64,000 nucleotides of DNA from Escherichia coli (GTDB lineage Bacteria; Pseudomonadota; Gammaproteobacteria; Enterobacterales; Enterobacteriaceae). The stretch lies in NCBI RefSeq assembly GCF_003334765.1, contig NZ_QOWT01000004.1; one strand, given 5' to 3'. How positions within the stretch are numbered: position 1 is the first letter of the stretch; every line of letters begins with the position of its first letter. The position numbers were made by a program, and so were the translations under genes. The notes under the pieces were generated by a model that worked only from the letters and a program-made list of their open reading frames with translations, did no database searches and was not told where the DNA came from. Below, piece by piece: positions 52,310 through 63,723 of the stretch.

Positions 52310-52628
52310 CAATCATTCTCCTTTGGCGAAACCGAATAAAACGGTATTCAAGTATCAGAAAACCTTAGTTCAGGATCGCACTAGCTGCATGATCGAAATC
52401 TCATTCTGCGAACTGTCAGGCATTTTAGAAAAGGGAATTAAAGGGATAAATAACGGCGAAATAGAGTGATCAAATAACGTCTGTTTATTAGCCAGCCAGC
52501 GGCGTTGGGTTCGTGATTAGCGAAGAAAAATCATCATAAATTGGTGAAAAATATAACAGGTAGTTAAAAACCATTAGTGCTGAGTAAATTGCCGGATGAC
52601 ATCAGAACGATGCCATCCGAACAGTGGC

Positions 52629-54047
52629 TTAACCCTGACGGTTGAAACGTTGCGTTTTAACGTCCAGCGTTAGCGTTTCTTCTGGTTGTATCGCATACAG
52701 TTTCTCACCCTGCTGGCAAATCCAGCCAATCCCCAGTTCACGGGCGATTAGGGCGCTGTGGGATACCGGACTTCCGGCGCTAAGGCAGATACCTTTTACA
52801 ACCGCCGGATCCAGTTGCAGTACTGTGGAAGGATAAATGTTCTCCGCCAGTAGAATAGTTGGCGAGTTAAACTGCGGGAGTTCTTCTTTCGTTTGGGTCA
52901 GGTGGACCAGGGTGCGATGCAGAAGATCGTCCACATCAATATAGCGAGCTTGTAGATATTCATCATCCAGTTGCTGGTATTGCTGGCTAAGTTCTTTAAG
53001 AACTTGCTGCCAGGCATATTCTGCCGTGCAATGTTCATGCTGAAGGAGTTCGCTTGCCGCCGCCAGCAGTTCCGGATCATCTAACAGTGTATGGTGACCA
53101 GAAAAGATTGCGGCAATATCGTCAAGCCCGCTGGCTTCTGCTTTCGCTGTTAACGTCATCAGATCTAATAACGTGAAGTCAATAGCCTGGCGTAATCGAT
53201 CTTGTTCTTCTTCCACGGTCAGGGTTGATTTTGCCTGTACCGTACATAAAACTGGTTGATAATAAAAGGCTTTACCCGAAACAGGCGGAACGGGACGCAG
53301 AGTAGGTGGAGCGACTTCCTCCGTTTCACCAAAGTTATCTTCAGCCAGCTGACGGAAAGCGATCAGTGCCTCTTCAGCTTCTGGCCCTTTCGCAATCAGG
53401 CGCAGCGTATCGTTATAGCGAACTTGTAGTAACGCAATCTGGTTAATACTCTCTGGTGTGACGCATTTGCCGTTTTTTTCCAGCAACATATCGGCATTAA
53501 ATGTCGATAAGGTATAAACCAGCCGGGAGGCCGGACGTACATGCAGGCCGTTACGGTTTTTTATGACCACCGCCAGAGAACGGGCTTCTTCATCGTACGC
53601 AGGACATGTGTCAGAGATTTCAGTGTCGGAGGACGGTAAACCCAGTTGTTCACGTTTGGCTTCCAGCGCATGCATGGCGTCAAAGATAACTTTGTCGATA
53701 TCCGCCCCCGAGGCCGCGCTGACCGTTGCTGCCAGTGTACCTTCGACCAACGGCGCAGCACACAAACGTACTTTTGCGGCGATCTCGGGAGCCAGCAATT
53801 CCAGCGCAGTTTCAGCACTCAATAATGCGCTACCCATATCCATCATGACCAGCACATGGTCGGCATCAGCAACAGATTCGATGGCCTCCATCACTTTGAC
53901 GGCATCGGTACCAATGGGATTTTGTGGATCGTCAATTCCCGCGGCAATGGCGATTTTACAACTATCACTCATTAACATCTGACGGGCTAATTCACCGACA
54001 CCTTCTCCCAGTCGGCTGCTATGTGAAACTATGACCAGGTTTACCAT
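52629..54047 (-). CDS. dhaM: PTS-dependent dihydroxyacetone kinase phosphotransferase subunit DhaM (DhaM/HPr/EI-like fusion; 472 aa)
   Basis: Starts MVNLVIVSHSSRLGEG; multidomain sequence matches DhaM. Confidence 0.93.
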   Translation of the reverse strand: MVNLVIVSHSSRLGEGVGELARQMLMSDSCKIAIAAGIDDPQNPIGTDAVKVMEAIESVADADHVLVMMDMGSALLSAETALELLAPEIAAKVRLCAAPLVEGTLAATVSAASGADIDKVIFDAMHALEAKREQLGLPSSDTEISDTCPAYDEEARSLAVVIKNRNGLHVRPASRLVYTLSTFNADMLLEKNGKCVTPESINQIALLQVRYNDTLRLIAKGPEAEEALIAFRQLAEDNFGETEEVAPPTLRPVPPVSGKAFYYQPVLCTVQAKSTLTVEEEQDRLRQAIDFTLLDLMTLTAKAEASGLDDIAAIFSGHHTLLDDPELLAAASELLQHEHCTAEYAWQQVLKELSQQYQQLDDEYLQARYIDVDDLLHRTLVHLTQTKEELPQFNSPTILLAENIYPSTVLQLDPAVVKGICLSAGSPVSHSALIARELGIGWICQQGEKLYAIQPEETLTLDVKTQRFNRQG

Positions 54048-54057
54048 CACCAATTCC

Positions 54058-54690
54058 TTACTCTTTTGCGGCTAACGCCAACATTTGCATCATAAACATC
54101 ACCGAGGTCGCGCCGGGATCCTGGTGACCAATACTGCGTTCACCGAGATAACTGGCGCGGCCTTTGCGGGCTTGCATCGTAATCGTACTTTGTGCAGCGG
54201 ATTCGGCGATGCTACTGGCAGCTTCGAGCGCCACCGGAACAGAGAGATTTTGCTCGCTGGACTGACGTAACGATTCCACCACCGGCACCCACACATCACA
54301 CATGGTTTTATCGCCAGGTTCGGCTTTCCCGCGACTGATTACGCCGTCCGCGCCATCGCGGAACATCTGATAAAGCTCTTCCAGTGTCAGGCTTTGCCGT
54401 GCCTGGGTCGCCTGTGCGGCGCGGATAAAGAAGGTACCGAACAGCGGACCACTGGCACCACCGACGCTGGAAAGCAGCGTCATACCGGTATTCTTGAGAA
54501 TGAAACCGATATCTTTATCTGCGATAGCAGGGAGTTTTTCCACCACTTTGCTAAAGCCTCGGTTCATATTTAGCCCGTGGTCAGCATCGCCAATTTCGCG
54601 ATCCAGTCCGGTAAGATACTCGCTCTCGGTGCTGAAAATATCGCCACAACGAGTGAGCCAGTTAACAATTTGAGTTCTGCTCAGTGACAT
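54058..54690 (-). CDS. dhaL: Dihydroxyacetone kinase ADP-binding subunit DhaL (210 aa)
   Basis: 236-aa ORF trimmed to MSLSRTQIVNWL. Confidence 0.93.
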   Translation of the reverse strand: MSLSRTQIVNWLTRCGDIFSTESEYLTGLDREIGDADHGLNMNRGFSKVVEKLPAIADKDIGFILKNTGMTLLSSVGGASGPLFGTFFIRAAQATQARQSLTLEELYQMFRDGADGVISRGKAEPGDKTMCDVWVPVVESLRQSSEQNLSVPVALEAASSIAESAAQSTITMQARKGRASYLGERSIGHQDPGATSVMFMMQMLALAAKE

Positions 54691-54700
54691 TGCTTTCTCC

Positions 54701-55771
54701 TTATTTACCCCAGTTAAGGGCCGGGGTGTGAACCGGGGCGTCCCAGAGTGCCAGCGTTTCGTCATCAACTTTCAGTAAGGTGATTGAGAAACCGGTCATA
54801 TCCAGTGAGGTGCAGTACGCGCCAATTAAATTACGTTCGATAGTCAATCCCGCTTGCTGGCAACGTGTGGTCAGGCGGTTATAGACGCCGTACAGCTCAG
54901 AAAGCGGAGTTGCGCCAAGATTGTTAACCAGCGCAATCACCCGATCGCCAGACTGGAGCGGTTGTTTGGTTTGTTGTTCTTCCTGCCAACTGCCTTGTTG
55001 ATAATCCCAGAAACGCAAAGTGCGATGGTATGAGCCATTTACCAGCAGGGTGTCGAACATTTCATCGACGGTTTGATCAAGGGAAGAGAAGGGGCGGCGG
55101 TCAATACCCGGCTCACCATGAATGCCGACGCCAAACTCCATCTCATTATCCGCCAGGGTAAAAGAAGGTTTGCCCGCGGCAGGAACGGTACAGGCACCGA
55201 GAGCGATACCTATTGAGTGGCCTTGATTATTCAGCTTACGCCCCAGTTCCGCACAGGCGTCCAGTGAGTCGCCACGCTCCGCCGCTGCGCCTACGAGTTT
55301 TTCAATTAATACGGTGTTGGCAACGCCGCGTCGCCCGGCAGTATAAAGACTGTCTTTTACCGCAACGTCGTCATCAATGACCACAGTGGTCACTTTTACG
55401 CCGCTATCGTGCAGTAACTCGGTCGCTGTTTCAAAGTTAAGAATATCGCCGGTGTAATTTTTGATAATCAACAGTACACCTTCGCCGCCATCAACTTGCA
55501 TGGCGCATTCAAAGATTTTATCGGGCGTCGGTGAGGTGAAAATTTCGCCCGGACAGGCCCCCGAAAGCATCCCCTGACCGATATAACCACAGTGCATCGG
55601 CTCGTGTCCGCTGCCGCCACCCGACAGCAGGGCGACTTTTCCTTCAACAGGGGCATCAGCTCGGGTGACATACACCGGATCCTGATGCAGTGTCAGCGAT
55701 GGATGCGCTTTCGCCAGTCCTGCCAGTTGTTCGTCCAGTACGTCTTGCACATCATTGATCAATTTTTTCAT
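54701..55771 (-). CDS. dhaK: Dihydroxyacetone kinase dihydroxyacetone-binding subunit DhaK (356 aa)
   Basis: 366-aa ORF trimmed to MKKLINDVQDVLDEQ. Confidence 0.93.
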   Translation of the reverse strand: MKKLINDVQDVLDEQLAGLAKAHPSLTLHQDPVYVTRADAPVEGKVALLSGGGSGHEPMHCGYIGQGMLSGACPGEIFTSPTPDKIFECAMQVDGGEGVLLIIKNYTGDILNFETATELLHDSGVKVTTVVIDDDVAVKDSLYTAGRRGVANTVLIEKLVGAAAERGDSLDACAELGRKLNNQGHSIGIALGACTVPAAGKPSFTLADNEMEFGVGIHGEPGIDRRPFSSLDQTVDEMFDTLLVNGSYHRTLRFWDYQQGSWQEEQQTKQPLQSGDRVIALVNNLGATPLSELYGVYNRLTTRCQQAGLTIERNLIGAYCTSLDMTGFSITLLKVDDETLALWDAPVHTPALNWGK

Positions 55772-55998
55772 TATTTTGCTCCAGCAATTACGGTAGGGCA
55801 TGGATGATGTTCAACGACACGGCGACCACTGACTGCCGATGAATCCATTGTGCATCAGGCAAGGGAAAAGAAAATTAGCCCAAATTATGTTTCATAGTGA
55901 AACATATGCTTTAATGAATGTTCCATATTGAAACTTTTACGTGTATTAATACTTAAAATTGCGAGCCGGAACACCTTTTGTCATAAGGGATGCGGGAT

Positions 55999-57918
55999 AT
56001 GAGTGGCGCTTTTAACAACGATGGTCGGGGCATATCTCCCTTAATTGCAACCTCCTGGGAGCGATGCAATAAGCTGATGAAACGGGAGACATGGAACGTA
56101 CCACATCAGGCCCAGGGCGTGACATTTGCTTCTATTTATCGGCGTAAGAAAGCGATGCTGACGCTCGGGCAGGCTGCGCTGGAAGATGCCTGGGAATATA
56201 TGGCACCGCGAGAGTGTGCGCTGTTTATCCTCGATGAAACCGCCTGCATTCTCAGCCGTAATGGCGATCCGCAAACCTTGCAGCAGCTAAGTGCACTGGG
56301 ATTCAATGACGGCACGTATTGCGCCGAGGGAATTATTGGTACTTGTGCGCTATCGTTAGCGGCTATCTCTGGTCAGGCCGTGAAAACGATGGCCGATCAA
56401 CATTTCAAACAGGTACTCTGGAACTGGGCCTTTTGTGCAACGCCGTTGTTTGACAGCAAGGGCCGATTGACGGGAACAATAGCGCTGGCGTGTCCGGTTG
56501 AGCAAACTACCGCAGCTGATTTGCCGTTGACGTTGGCAATCGCCCGCGAGGTCGGAAATTTACTGCTGACGGACAGTTTGCTCGCTGAAACTAACCGTCA
56601 TTTAAATCAACTTAATGCCCTGTTAGAAAGTATGGATGATGGCGTGATTAGCTGGGACGAGCAGGGTAATTTGCAATTTATTAATGCCCAGGCGGCGCGG
56701 GTCTTGCGCCTTGACGCGACGGCAAGTCAGGGACGGGCAATCACTGAACTCTTAACGTTACCCGCCGTATTGCAACAAGCAATAAAACAGGCACATCCGC
56801 TCAAACACGTAGAAGCAACCTTTGAAAGCCAGCACCAGTTTATTGATGCGGTGATAACCCTTAAACCGATAATAGAAACGCAGGGAACCAGCTTTATTTT
56901 GTTGCTCCATCCTGTGGAACAGATGCGGCAGTTGATGACCAGTCAATTAGGAAAAGTCAGCCATACCTTCGCTCATATGCCACAGGACGATCCGCAAACC
57001 CGCCGCTTGATTCATTTTGGTCGCCAGGCGGCGCGCAGTAGCTTTCCTGTCCTGCTTTGTGGAGAAGAGGGCGTGGGCAAGGCACTGCTAAGTCAGGCAA
57101 TTCATAATGAAAGCGAGCGTGCTGCAGGTCCTTATATCGCCGTCAATTGTGAGTTATATGGTGATGCTGCGCTGGCGGAAGAATTTATTGGTGGCGATCG
57201 CACGGACAATGAAAATGGCCGTCTGAGTCGGCTGGAACTGGCACACGGCGGCACGCTGTTTCTTGAAAAGATTGAATATCTGGCGGTGGAGTTACAGTCT
57301 GCTTTGCTTCAGGTTATCAAGCAGGGGGTTATCACGCGACTGGATGCGCGGCGTTTAATACCAATTGATGTCAAAGTGATTGCAACAACGACCGCGGACC
57401 TCGCAATGCTGGTGGAACAAAATCGTTTTAGTCGCCAGCTGTATTACGCGCTGCATGCATTTGAAATTACCATCCCGCCTCTGCGTATGCGGCGTGGCAG
57501 CATTCCGGCGCTGGTGAATAACAAATTACGCAGTCTTGAAAAACGCTTCTCTACGCGGCTGAAAATTGATGACGATGCCCTCGCTCGCCTGGTTTCTTGT
57601 GCATGGCCAGGCAACGATTTTGAACTTTACAGCGTCATCGAGAATCTTGCTCTGAGTAGTGATAACGGGCGCATTCGCGTCAGTGATTTGCCGGAACATC
57701 TGTTTACCGAGCAGGCGACAGATGATGTCAGCGCCACCCGCCTTTCCACCAGTCTGTCATTTGCGGAAGTTGAAAAAGAGGCAATTATTAACGCAGCCCA
57801 GGTCACAGGCGGTCGCATTCAGGAAATGTCGGCTTTACTTGGGATCGGCCGCACTACGCTGTGGCGGAAAATGAAGCAACATGGCATTGATGCAGGGCAG
57901 TTTAAGCGCCGGGTATGA
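55999..57918 (+). CDS. dhaR: Transcriptional activator DhaR (GAF/PAS, AAA+ domain, Fis-type HTH; 639 aa)
   Basis: 642-aa ORF trimmed to MSGAFNNDGRG; central AAA+ and C-terminal HTH recognisable. Confidence 0.92.
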   Translation: MSGAFNNDGRGISPLIATSWERCNKLMKRETWNVPHQAQGVTFASIYRRKKAMLTLGQAALEDAWEYMAPRECALFILDETACILSRNGDPQTLQQLSALGFNDGTYCAEGIIGTCALSLAAISGQAVKTMADQHFKQVLWNWAFCATPLFDSKGRLTGTIALACPVEQTTAADLPLTLAIAREVGNLLLTDSLLAETNRHLNQLNALLESMDDGVISWDEQGNLQFINAQAARVLRLDATASQGRAITELLTLPAVLQQAIKQAHPLKHVEATFESQHQFIDAVITLKPIIETQGTSFILLLHPVEQMRQLMTSQLGKVSHTFAHMPQDDPQTRRLIHFGRQAARSSFPVLLCGEEGVGKALLSQAIHNESERAAGPYIAVNCELYGDAALAEEFIGGDRTDNENGRLSRLELAHGGTLFLEKIEYLAVELQSALLQVIKQGVITRLDARRLIPIDVKVIATTTADLAMLVEQNRFSRQLYYALHAFEITIPPLRMRRGSIPALVNNKLRSLEKRFSTRLKIDDDALARLVSCAWPGNDFELYSVIENLALSSDNGRIRVSDLPEHLFTEQATDDVSATRLSTSLSFAEVEKEAIINAAQVTGGRIQEMSALLGIGRTTLWRKMKQHGIDAGQFKRRV

Positions 57919-58017
57919 AAGACAGAAACGATTTCTGATACATCAGAGTGATCTGTATTTCATTCCGGCGCACGCTAACAATTTTCAGCATCGTTTAAGG
58001 GCTTGTCTATCCCGCAC

Positions 58018-60885
58018 TTAAAAGCTGAAGCGATATCCTCCGTTGACTTGCTTCTGATCAAAGAGGTTACCCTGCGTGTAATCCGCTTCGAGATAGAATG
58101 TGTGCTGTTTGTTATACTGTGCACTGACTCCCACGCCGTTATTCCAGCCATTACCTTTGAAACTGTACTTCTCCCGGGAGTTGTTCAACAGATATTCGGT
58201 ATCCCCTGAAAACTCGCGGATAGCGCCAGTCTTCACATAGACATTCAGCTGGCTGTTGCCTGCGGTGATGTCATACCCCAGTATCATGCTGGCACGCCCC
58301 AGCAGCGATTCGTAGTGATTCAGATGTATATTGAGGCCATTACTCGCCTTCATAGTCATCTCATTCTGGTGGCTGTATGTAAGCTGGGTTTGCGGCTCTA
58401 TATAGAACCCATAACCAGTAGGGGACAGGTTGAACCTCTGCCCGGCTTCCAGGGAGATGCTCATTCCATTCGCAGTGCCGTTGGCGTTAACGCCGTTGTT
58501 CTGACTGTCCAGTACGTGGAAACTATTTTTCTGGCGCGATGCTTTTATAACGAGATCGCTGTAAAAACCGTTTTGTGCCATGTAACTGGCGTACATTCCC
58601 ATGTAGTCTGAACGTGCGGTACCGTCGCCTCCGCTATAGTCCGGCGATGCATGTGTTGAGCCAATATACAGACCGACATACAACGGCATTACATCAGAGA
58701 GACGTTTATCCCCACCAAACTGGATACCGCTGTAACCCATGTCAAAGCCGCTCAGTTTGCCACTGGCAAAGGAGTCCAGGCTTCCCCCATAACTGCGCAA
58801 CCAGATATTACCGTCTTTACTCTGATTTCGCAGGTCACCCATCCGTTGCATCAGCGTACGGTTTTCAACATAGTTCAATAAGTAACCGACATTGAGATAA
58901 TTGCCGCCAGCATCTGCGGTCGTGGTGGGTTTAGGCGTGGGAGCGGGTTCAGGCGTAGGATCGGGGTTGACTATGGGAGGCTGAGCGGGAGCTGGTGTGG
59001 GTTCAGGATTAGGAGTCGGTTCCGGAACTGTCCCGGAAGCGTAAAGCTCCCAGTTAGTGCCATTTTTACGCACATCGTACAGATATCCCCCCAACTCAAC
59101 CTGAGAAGACGCGCTGAACGAGGCCGCGCCGTCAGTGGTTTTTACCACTGTCAGAACTTCATTTCCCGTTGTGGCCTCGCTGCCCTGGTTGCGGATAGCC
59201 AATACGTGATTACCAGCACTACTCCCGCTGATATTCAATAAATCCCCTTTATTATTAACGCCATTACCCTCGCCAACAACATCAGCACGCATAATAAAGG
59301 TACTGTTACCGCTCAGGTTCTCTACGTTTAATGTGGCAAATGTGCCGGCAGTTGACCCGTGGCTGGCAAAATCGACAGTTGAATGGCTCAGCGCCAGCGT
59401 GTCGAGATTAGAATTACTTGTTACGTTCCAGACGCTGTTATTCATTGCAACGTCCAGTTTTCCGCCATTGACATTATCGCTGAGGGAGGAACCTGTCCAA
59501 ACCGACCCAGGGTGCATATCCAGATTGATTAGCCCACCTTTGGAAAGAACGCTACCGTTGATAAGCATACGACCCGAGGCGTTGATGCGGCTGGCGGCAT
59601 AACCATCGTCATGTTGCGTTGCGATGGCCATCTGGTCGGGTGTACTCATATCAATGACCAGATCGCTCGTGAGGTCGATCTGGCTGTTGGTCATGGCATA
59701 AATTCCCCTGGCTCCTGCCGCGCCGGTGATAGCCAAACTGTCTCCGGTTATTCTACCGCCGCTGAGAGCCCACAAACCCAGCGCCAGACTGCCATTACGA
59801 TCAACTGTAATATCGGTATTTTGCATGTTGACAACAGCCGTTGCCGTCTGGGCCGAGGCACCATAAGAACCGCCGGAAAAGATGCTGTTTCGTTGCGCTG
59901 CCGTGCCAGTAAAATTGATTATCGCGTCTGAACCACTGGTGACGAGGCCACCGCCCTGCGCGGAAGAAATATGGCTATCTGCACCGATAGTGGTTGTACC
60001 ACCACGAACTTCGACGCCATTGGCCGCGGCTCCAGTTACATCAACAGTGAGTGCATTCGCGCTAACCTGGCCAAAGCTCCAGAGGCCGTGAGCATTATCG
60101 CCATTGGTTTTAATGGTACTGTTTGTTCCGAGATCGACAACAGAGTTTTTCTGTACGTTTATCCCCATGGCGCTGTAGCCCTGAACATCGATTGTCAGGT
60201 CTGTAGCCGTAAAACGCGCAGCACCATTGGCGTTATTGCCGTTGAGACCACCGATATAAACACCTGTACTTCCATCGGTCGTGATTTTACTTCCGCTTCC
60301 AAGATCGACACTGGTGCCATAGTCATTGATGGTTAGGCCTATACCGTTCGAGTTTTCAATGGTGAATTGAGTGGCTGTTAGTGTTGAGCTATGCCCAATA
60401 ATGATGCCGTCATCGTTACTCTTAATGGTGCTGCCTGTGCCTAAGTCAGCATGGGTATAGTCACCAATTAAGTTAATGCCGATGGCAGAGGTTTGACCAA
60501 CAACATCTACTGTGAGTCGGTTAGCTGTCAGGGAGCTGTTTTTGCCCTGAATAATGATTCCTTTTGCATATCCAGAGGCGTCGTTGACATTGACGGTGAC
60601 ATCATTACCCAGGTTGATATTGCCAGGCGTGTTTCCTGCTGGGGTCATTACACCATAGAGGTTTCCTGATGGATCGGCGGTATCTCCTGTAATTCTGTCA
60701 CCATCATTAATAGTAATATTGGTGCCATATTGACTTCCTGTATCAGCAGCTATCAGCAGGGGGGAAAAGATAATTGCATTCAAACCAATAGCGCCAAATT
60801 TTATCAGTTGAATTGAGGGCGAACGGATTTTTAATTCAGCGAGACGATCTGCTTTGGTATTCCCATTGTGTTGTTTGATGCCCAT
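58018..60885 (-). CDS. ycgV: Autotransporter adhesin YcgV, intact (955 aa)
   Basis: Repetitive Gly/Thr/Asn-rich passenger, Pro-rich linker (PEPTPNPEPTPAPAQPPIVNPDPTPEPAPTPKP), C-terminal beta-barrel ending ...GGYRFSF. Confidence 0.9.
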   Translation of the reverse strand: MGIKQHNGNTKADRLAELKIRSPSIQLIKFGAIGLNAIIFSPLLIAADTGSQYGTNITINDGDRITGDTADPSGNLYGVMTPAGNTPGNINLGNDVTVNVNDASGYAKGIIIQGKNSSLTANRLTVDVVGQTSAIGINLIGDYTHADLGTGSTIKSNDDGIIIGHSSTLTATQFTIENSNGIGLTINDYGTSVDLGSGSKITTDGSTGVYIGGLNGNNANGAARFTATDLTIDVQGYSAMGINVQKNSVVDLGTNSTIKTNGDNAHGLWSFGQVSANALTVDVTGAAANGVEVRGGTTTIGADSHISSAQGGGLVTSGSDAIINFTGTAAQRNSIFSGGSYGASAQTATAVVNMQNTDITVDRNGSLALGLWALSGGRITGDSLAITGAAGARGIYAMTNSQIDLTSDLVIDMSTPDQMAIATQHDDGYAASRINASGRMLINGSVLSKGGLINLDMHPGSVWTGSSLSDNVNGGKLDVAMNNSVWNVTSNSNLDTLALSHSTVDFASHGSTAGTFATLNVENLSGNSTFIMRADVVGEGNGVNNKGDLLNISGSSAGNHVLAIRNQGSEATTGNEVLTVVKTTDGAASFSASSQVELGGYLYDVRKNGTNWELYASGTVPEPTPNPEPTPAPAQPPIVNPDPTPEPAPTPKPTTTADAGGNYLNVGYLLNYVENRTLMQRMGDLRNQSKDGNIWLRSYGGSLDSFASGKLSGFDMGYSGIQFGGDKRLSDVMPLYVGLYIGSTHASPDYSGGDGTARSDYMGMYASYMAQNGFYSDLVIKASRQKNSFHVLDSQNNGVNANGTANGMSISLEAGQRFNLSPTGYGFYIEPQTQLTYSHQNEMTMKASNGLNIHLNHYESLLGRASMILGYDITAGNSQLNVYVKTGAIREFSGDTEYLLNNSREKYSFKGNGWNNGVGVSAQYNKQHTFYLEADYTQGNLFDQKQVNGGYRFSF

Positions 60886-61653
60886 ACCACTCCTATATAG
60901 TACCCAGACTATGGGTCTATGGATTTTGTCATTTTGTTTAAATCAATGAATAATATCCTCTTATCATCATGATATTTGTATGGTGCAATCATGATGAGCT
61001 TCTCAGAGAATAATTCTCTATTACCGGGCAAAATCAGGAACACAGGAATTAATATATATTTAACATCCCCCTTACAAAGGTGAGTTTATATCGAGTTATT
61101 CCCTAAGTTGTCGTTACTTATTCCAATTCGTTACTATAAATATGGCAAAAATATTACAACAAACAGCGGTTAAAAAATTTGGTGAAGATTTTTTGTAATA
61201 ATCCTAATTAGTTATGGGAATTTCGCTTGATGTATCTGCATAACAAAAACAATATGCGCCATTTTTGCATTACTAATAAGAAAAAGCAAAAAACATCGAT
61301 ATTCATTTTTGGTCAATGGGTTTTCTGGCCTATCGTTGTTATTGTGCTACTGGTTATCATTTTCATCTTGCCAGCATATTGGAGCGTGATCAATTTTGAT
61401 CAGCTGTGAAGGGGGCTGATGTGTAGTGATACAAAAACTTACGTTATATCACTGCTAATGAGATATCCGTCATCTGAACACTTATGTCTTTAATTATTCT
61501 CGTGGTTCACTATAGGCAATAAGCACAAAAGTGTAGGATGTTACAAGAATGATTAGGACTCGGTGAAATGAAAAATCCACGCAATTGCGTGGATTTTATA
61601 TACTTTTGCGCTCTTCATGAGATTTAGCGAAACCTCATGAGACAATAAATTAA

Positions 61654-62745
61654 TTAGACGTTGAAAAGGAAGTTCATCACATCGCCATCTTTCACGATGT
61701 AATCTTTACCTTCTGCACGCATTTTGCCTGCTTCTTTCGCGCCTTGTTCACCTTTGTAAGTGATGAAATCTTCAAACGAGATGGTTTGTGCACGGATAAA
61801 GCCTTTTTCAAAATCAGTATGGATTTTGCCCGCTGCCTGCGGCGCGGTTGCTCCAACCGGAATGGTCCATGCACGCACTTCTTTCACCCCAGCGGTGAAG
61901 TAAGTTTGCAGGTTCAGCAGTTTATAACCGGCACGGATCACACGGTTCAGGCCCGGCTCTTCCAGCCCAAGCTCCTGCATAAACTCGTCACGTTCTTCGT
62001 CGTCCAGTTCGGCAATGTCTGCTTCAACAGCAGCACAAACCGGAACCACAACAGAACCTTCTTTCGCCGCGATTTCACGCACCTGGTCAAGATATGGGTT
62101 GTTTTCAAAACCGTCTTCGTTGACGTTGGCGATGTACATTGTTGGTTTCAGCGTCAGGAAGCTCAGGTAACGAATAGCCGCTTTCTCTTCAGCGCTTAAA
62201 TCCAGCGCGCGCAGCATACCTGCATTTTCCAACTGGGGCAGGCATTTTTCCAGGACCGCCAGCTCAGCTTTCGCGTCTTTATCGCCACCTTTGGCTTTCT
62301 TCTGTACGCGATGAATCGCACGTTCGCAGGTGTCGAGGTCTGCCAGCGCCAGTTCGGTGTTGATAACTTCAATATCGTCAGCCGGGTTAACTTTGCCGGA
62401 AACGTGAATGATGTTGTCATTTTCAAAGCAGCGAACAACGTGACCGATCGCTTCGGTTTCACGGATGTTGGTCAGGAACTGGTTACCCAGACCTTCGCCT
62501 TTCGATGCGCCTTTTACCAGACCGGCGATATCGACAAATTCCATGGTCGTGGGAAGCGTACGCTGCGGTTTTACGATTTCAGCCAGTTGATCCAGGCGAG
62601 GATCAGGCATTGGTACGACGCCTGTGTTCGGCTCAATGGTGCAGAATGGAAAGTTGGCCGCTTCAATACCGGCTTTGGTCAGCGCGTTGAACAGGGTAGA
62701 TTTCCCGACGTTGGGCAAACCGACGATACCGCATTTGAATCCCAT
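61654..62745 (-). CDS. ychF: Ribosome-binding ATPase YchF (Obg-family GTPase/ATPase)
   Basis: 363-aa ORF with P-loop GLPNVGKST; highly conserved. Confidence 0.97.
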
Positions 62746-62861
62746 GATTTAAATCACCTTAATATCTTAATAATCAACCTGTTATTGCTAACAGATTGCA
62801 GAAATGGAAATAACTTTGCCTATTATACACGGCACTCGGCAAAAATGCCGCAGACAACGAC

Positions 62862-63446
62862 TTATTGCGCTTTAAAGGCGTGCAATCGGTTCGTTGCTTT
62901 GGTCAAGCCATCTGTAAACCACATTTCAGTACAACGCGCCGCTTCGTCAATGGCTTCATCAATTAACTTCTGTTCACTAACAGGCGGTTTGCCTAACACA
63001 AAACCGACAACTTTATTTTTATCGCCCGGATGACCGATTCCGATGCGTAAACGGTGAAAGTTAGGGTTATTACCCAATTTACTGATGATGTCTTTCAGTC
63101 CATTGTGACCACCATGGCCACCGCCCAATTTAAATTTGGCGACGCCAGGAGGCAGATCCAGTTCGTCGTGGGCCACCAGAATTTCGTCCGGATTAATGCG
63201 GAAAAAACTGGCCATCGCCGCAACGGCTTTGCCGCTGAGATTCATAAATGTAGTCGGGACTAACAGGCGGACATCTTCGCCTCCAAGAGTGACTCGCGAA
63301 GTATAACCAAAGAATTTAGCCTCTTCGCGCAGCGGAGCGCGCAAACGCTCTGCCAGTAAGTCAACGAACCAGGCACCAGCATTATGTCGCGTTGCGGCGT
63401 ATTCAGCACCGGGGTTCGCCAGGCCGACAATCAATTTAATCGTCAC
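62862..63446 (-). CDS. pth: Peptidyl-tRNA hydrolase Pth
   Basis: 194-aa [27 protein letters not shown]... Confidence 0.97.
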
Positions 63447-63723
63447 GTTTTTTTGTCCTGAGTGTGTACATAACTGGCGCGTAGTTTACTGGTTGCGGCC
63501 CCGCTTGACAAAAAACTGCGTATCAAATGCAGATAACGTAATAATTGCCTGAGTGGACTATTAGAAAGTCAAGGTGTTCAGGCGTTTATTTGTAAAGTTT
63601 TGTTGAAATAAGGGTTGTAATTGTGATCACGCCCGCACATAACCCACTGGGTGTTGTCTATACTTTACACATAAGGAAGAGGGGTATTCCCTGTTACAAC
63701 CCAGAAAGTTCCGGAGGTGACAT

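Noticed and set aside
58315-60336. Multiple plus-strand ORFs of 70-120 aa inside ycgV
   Set aside because: Antisense to the intact 955-aa autotransporter; the repetitive Gly/Thr-rich coding sequence generates open antisense frames.
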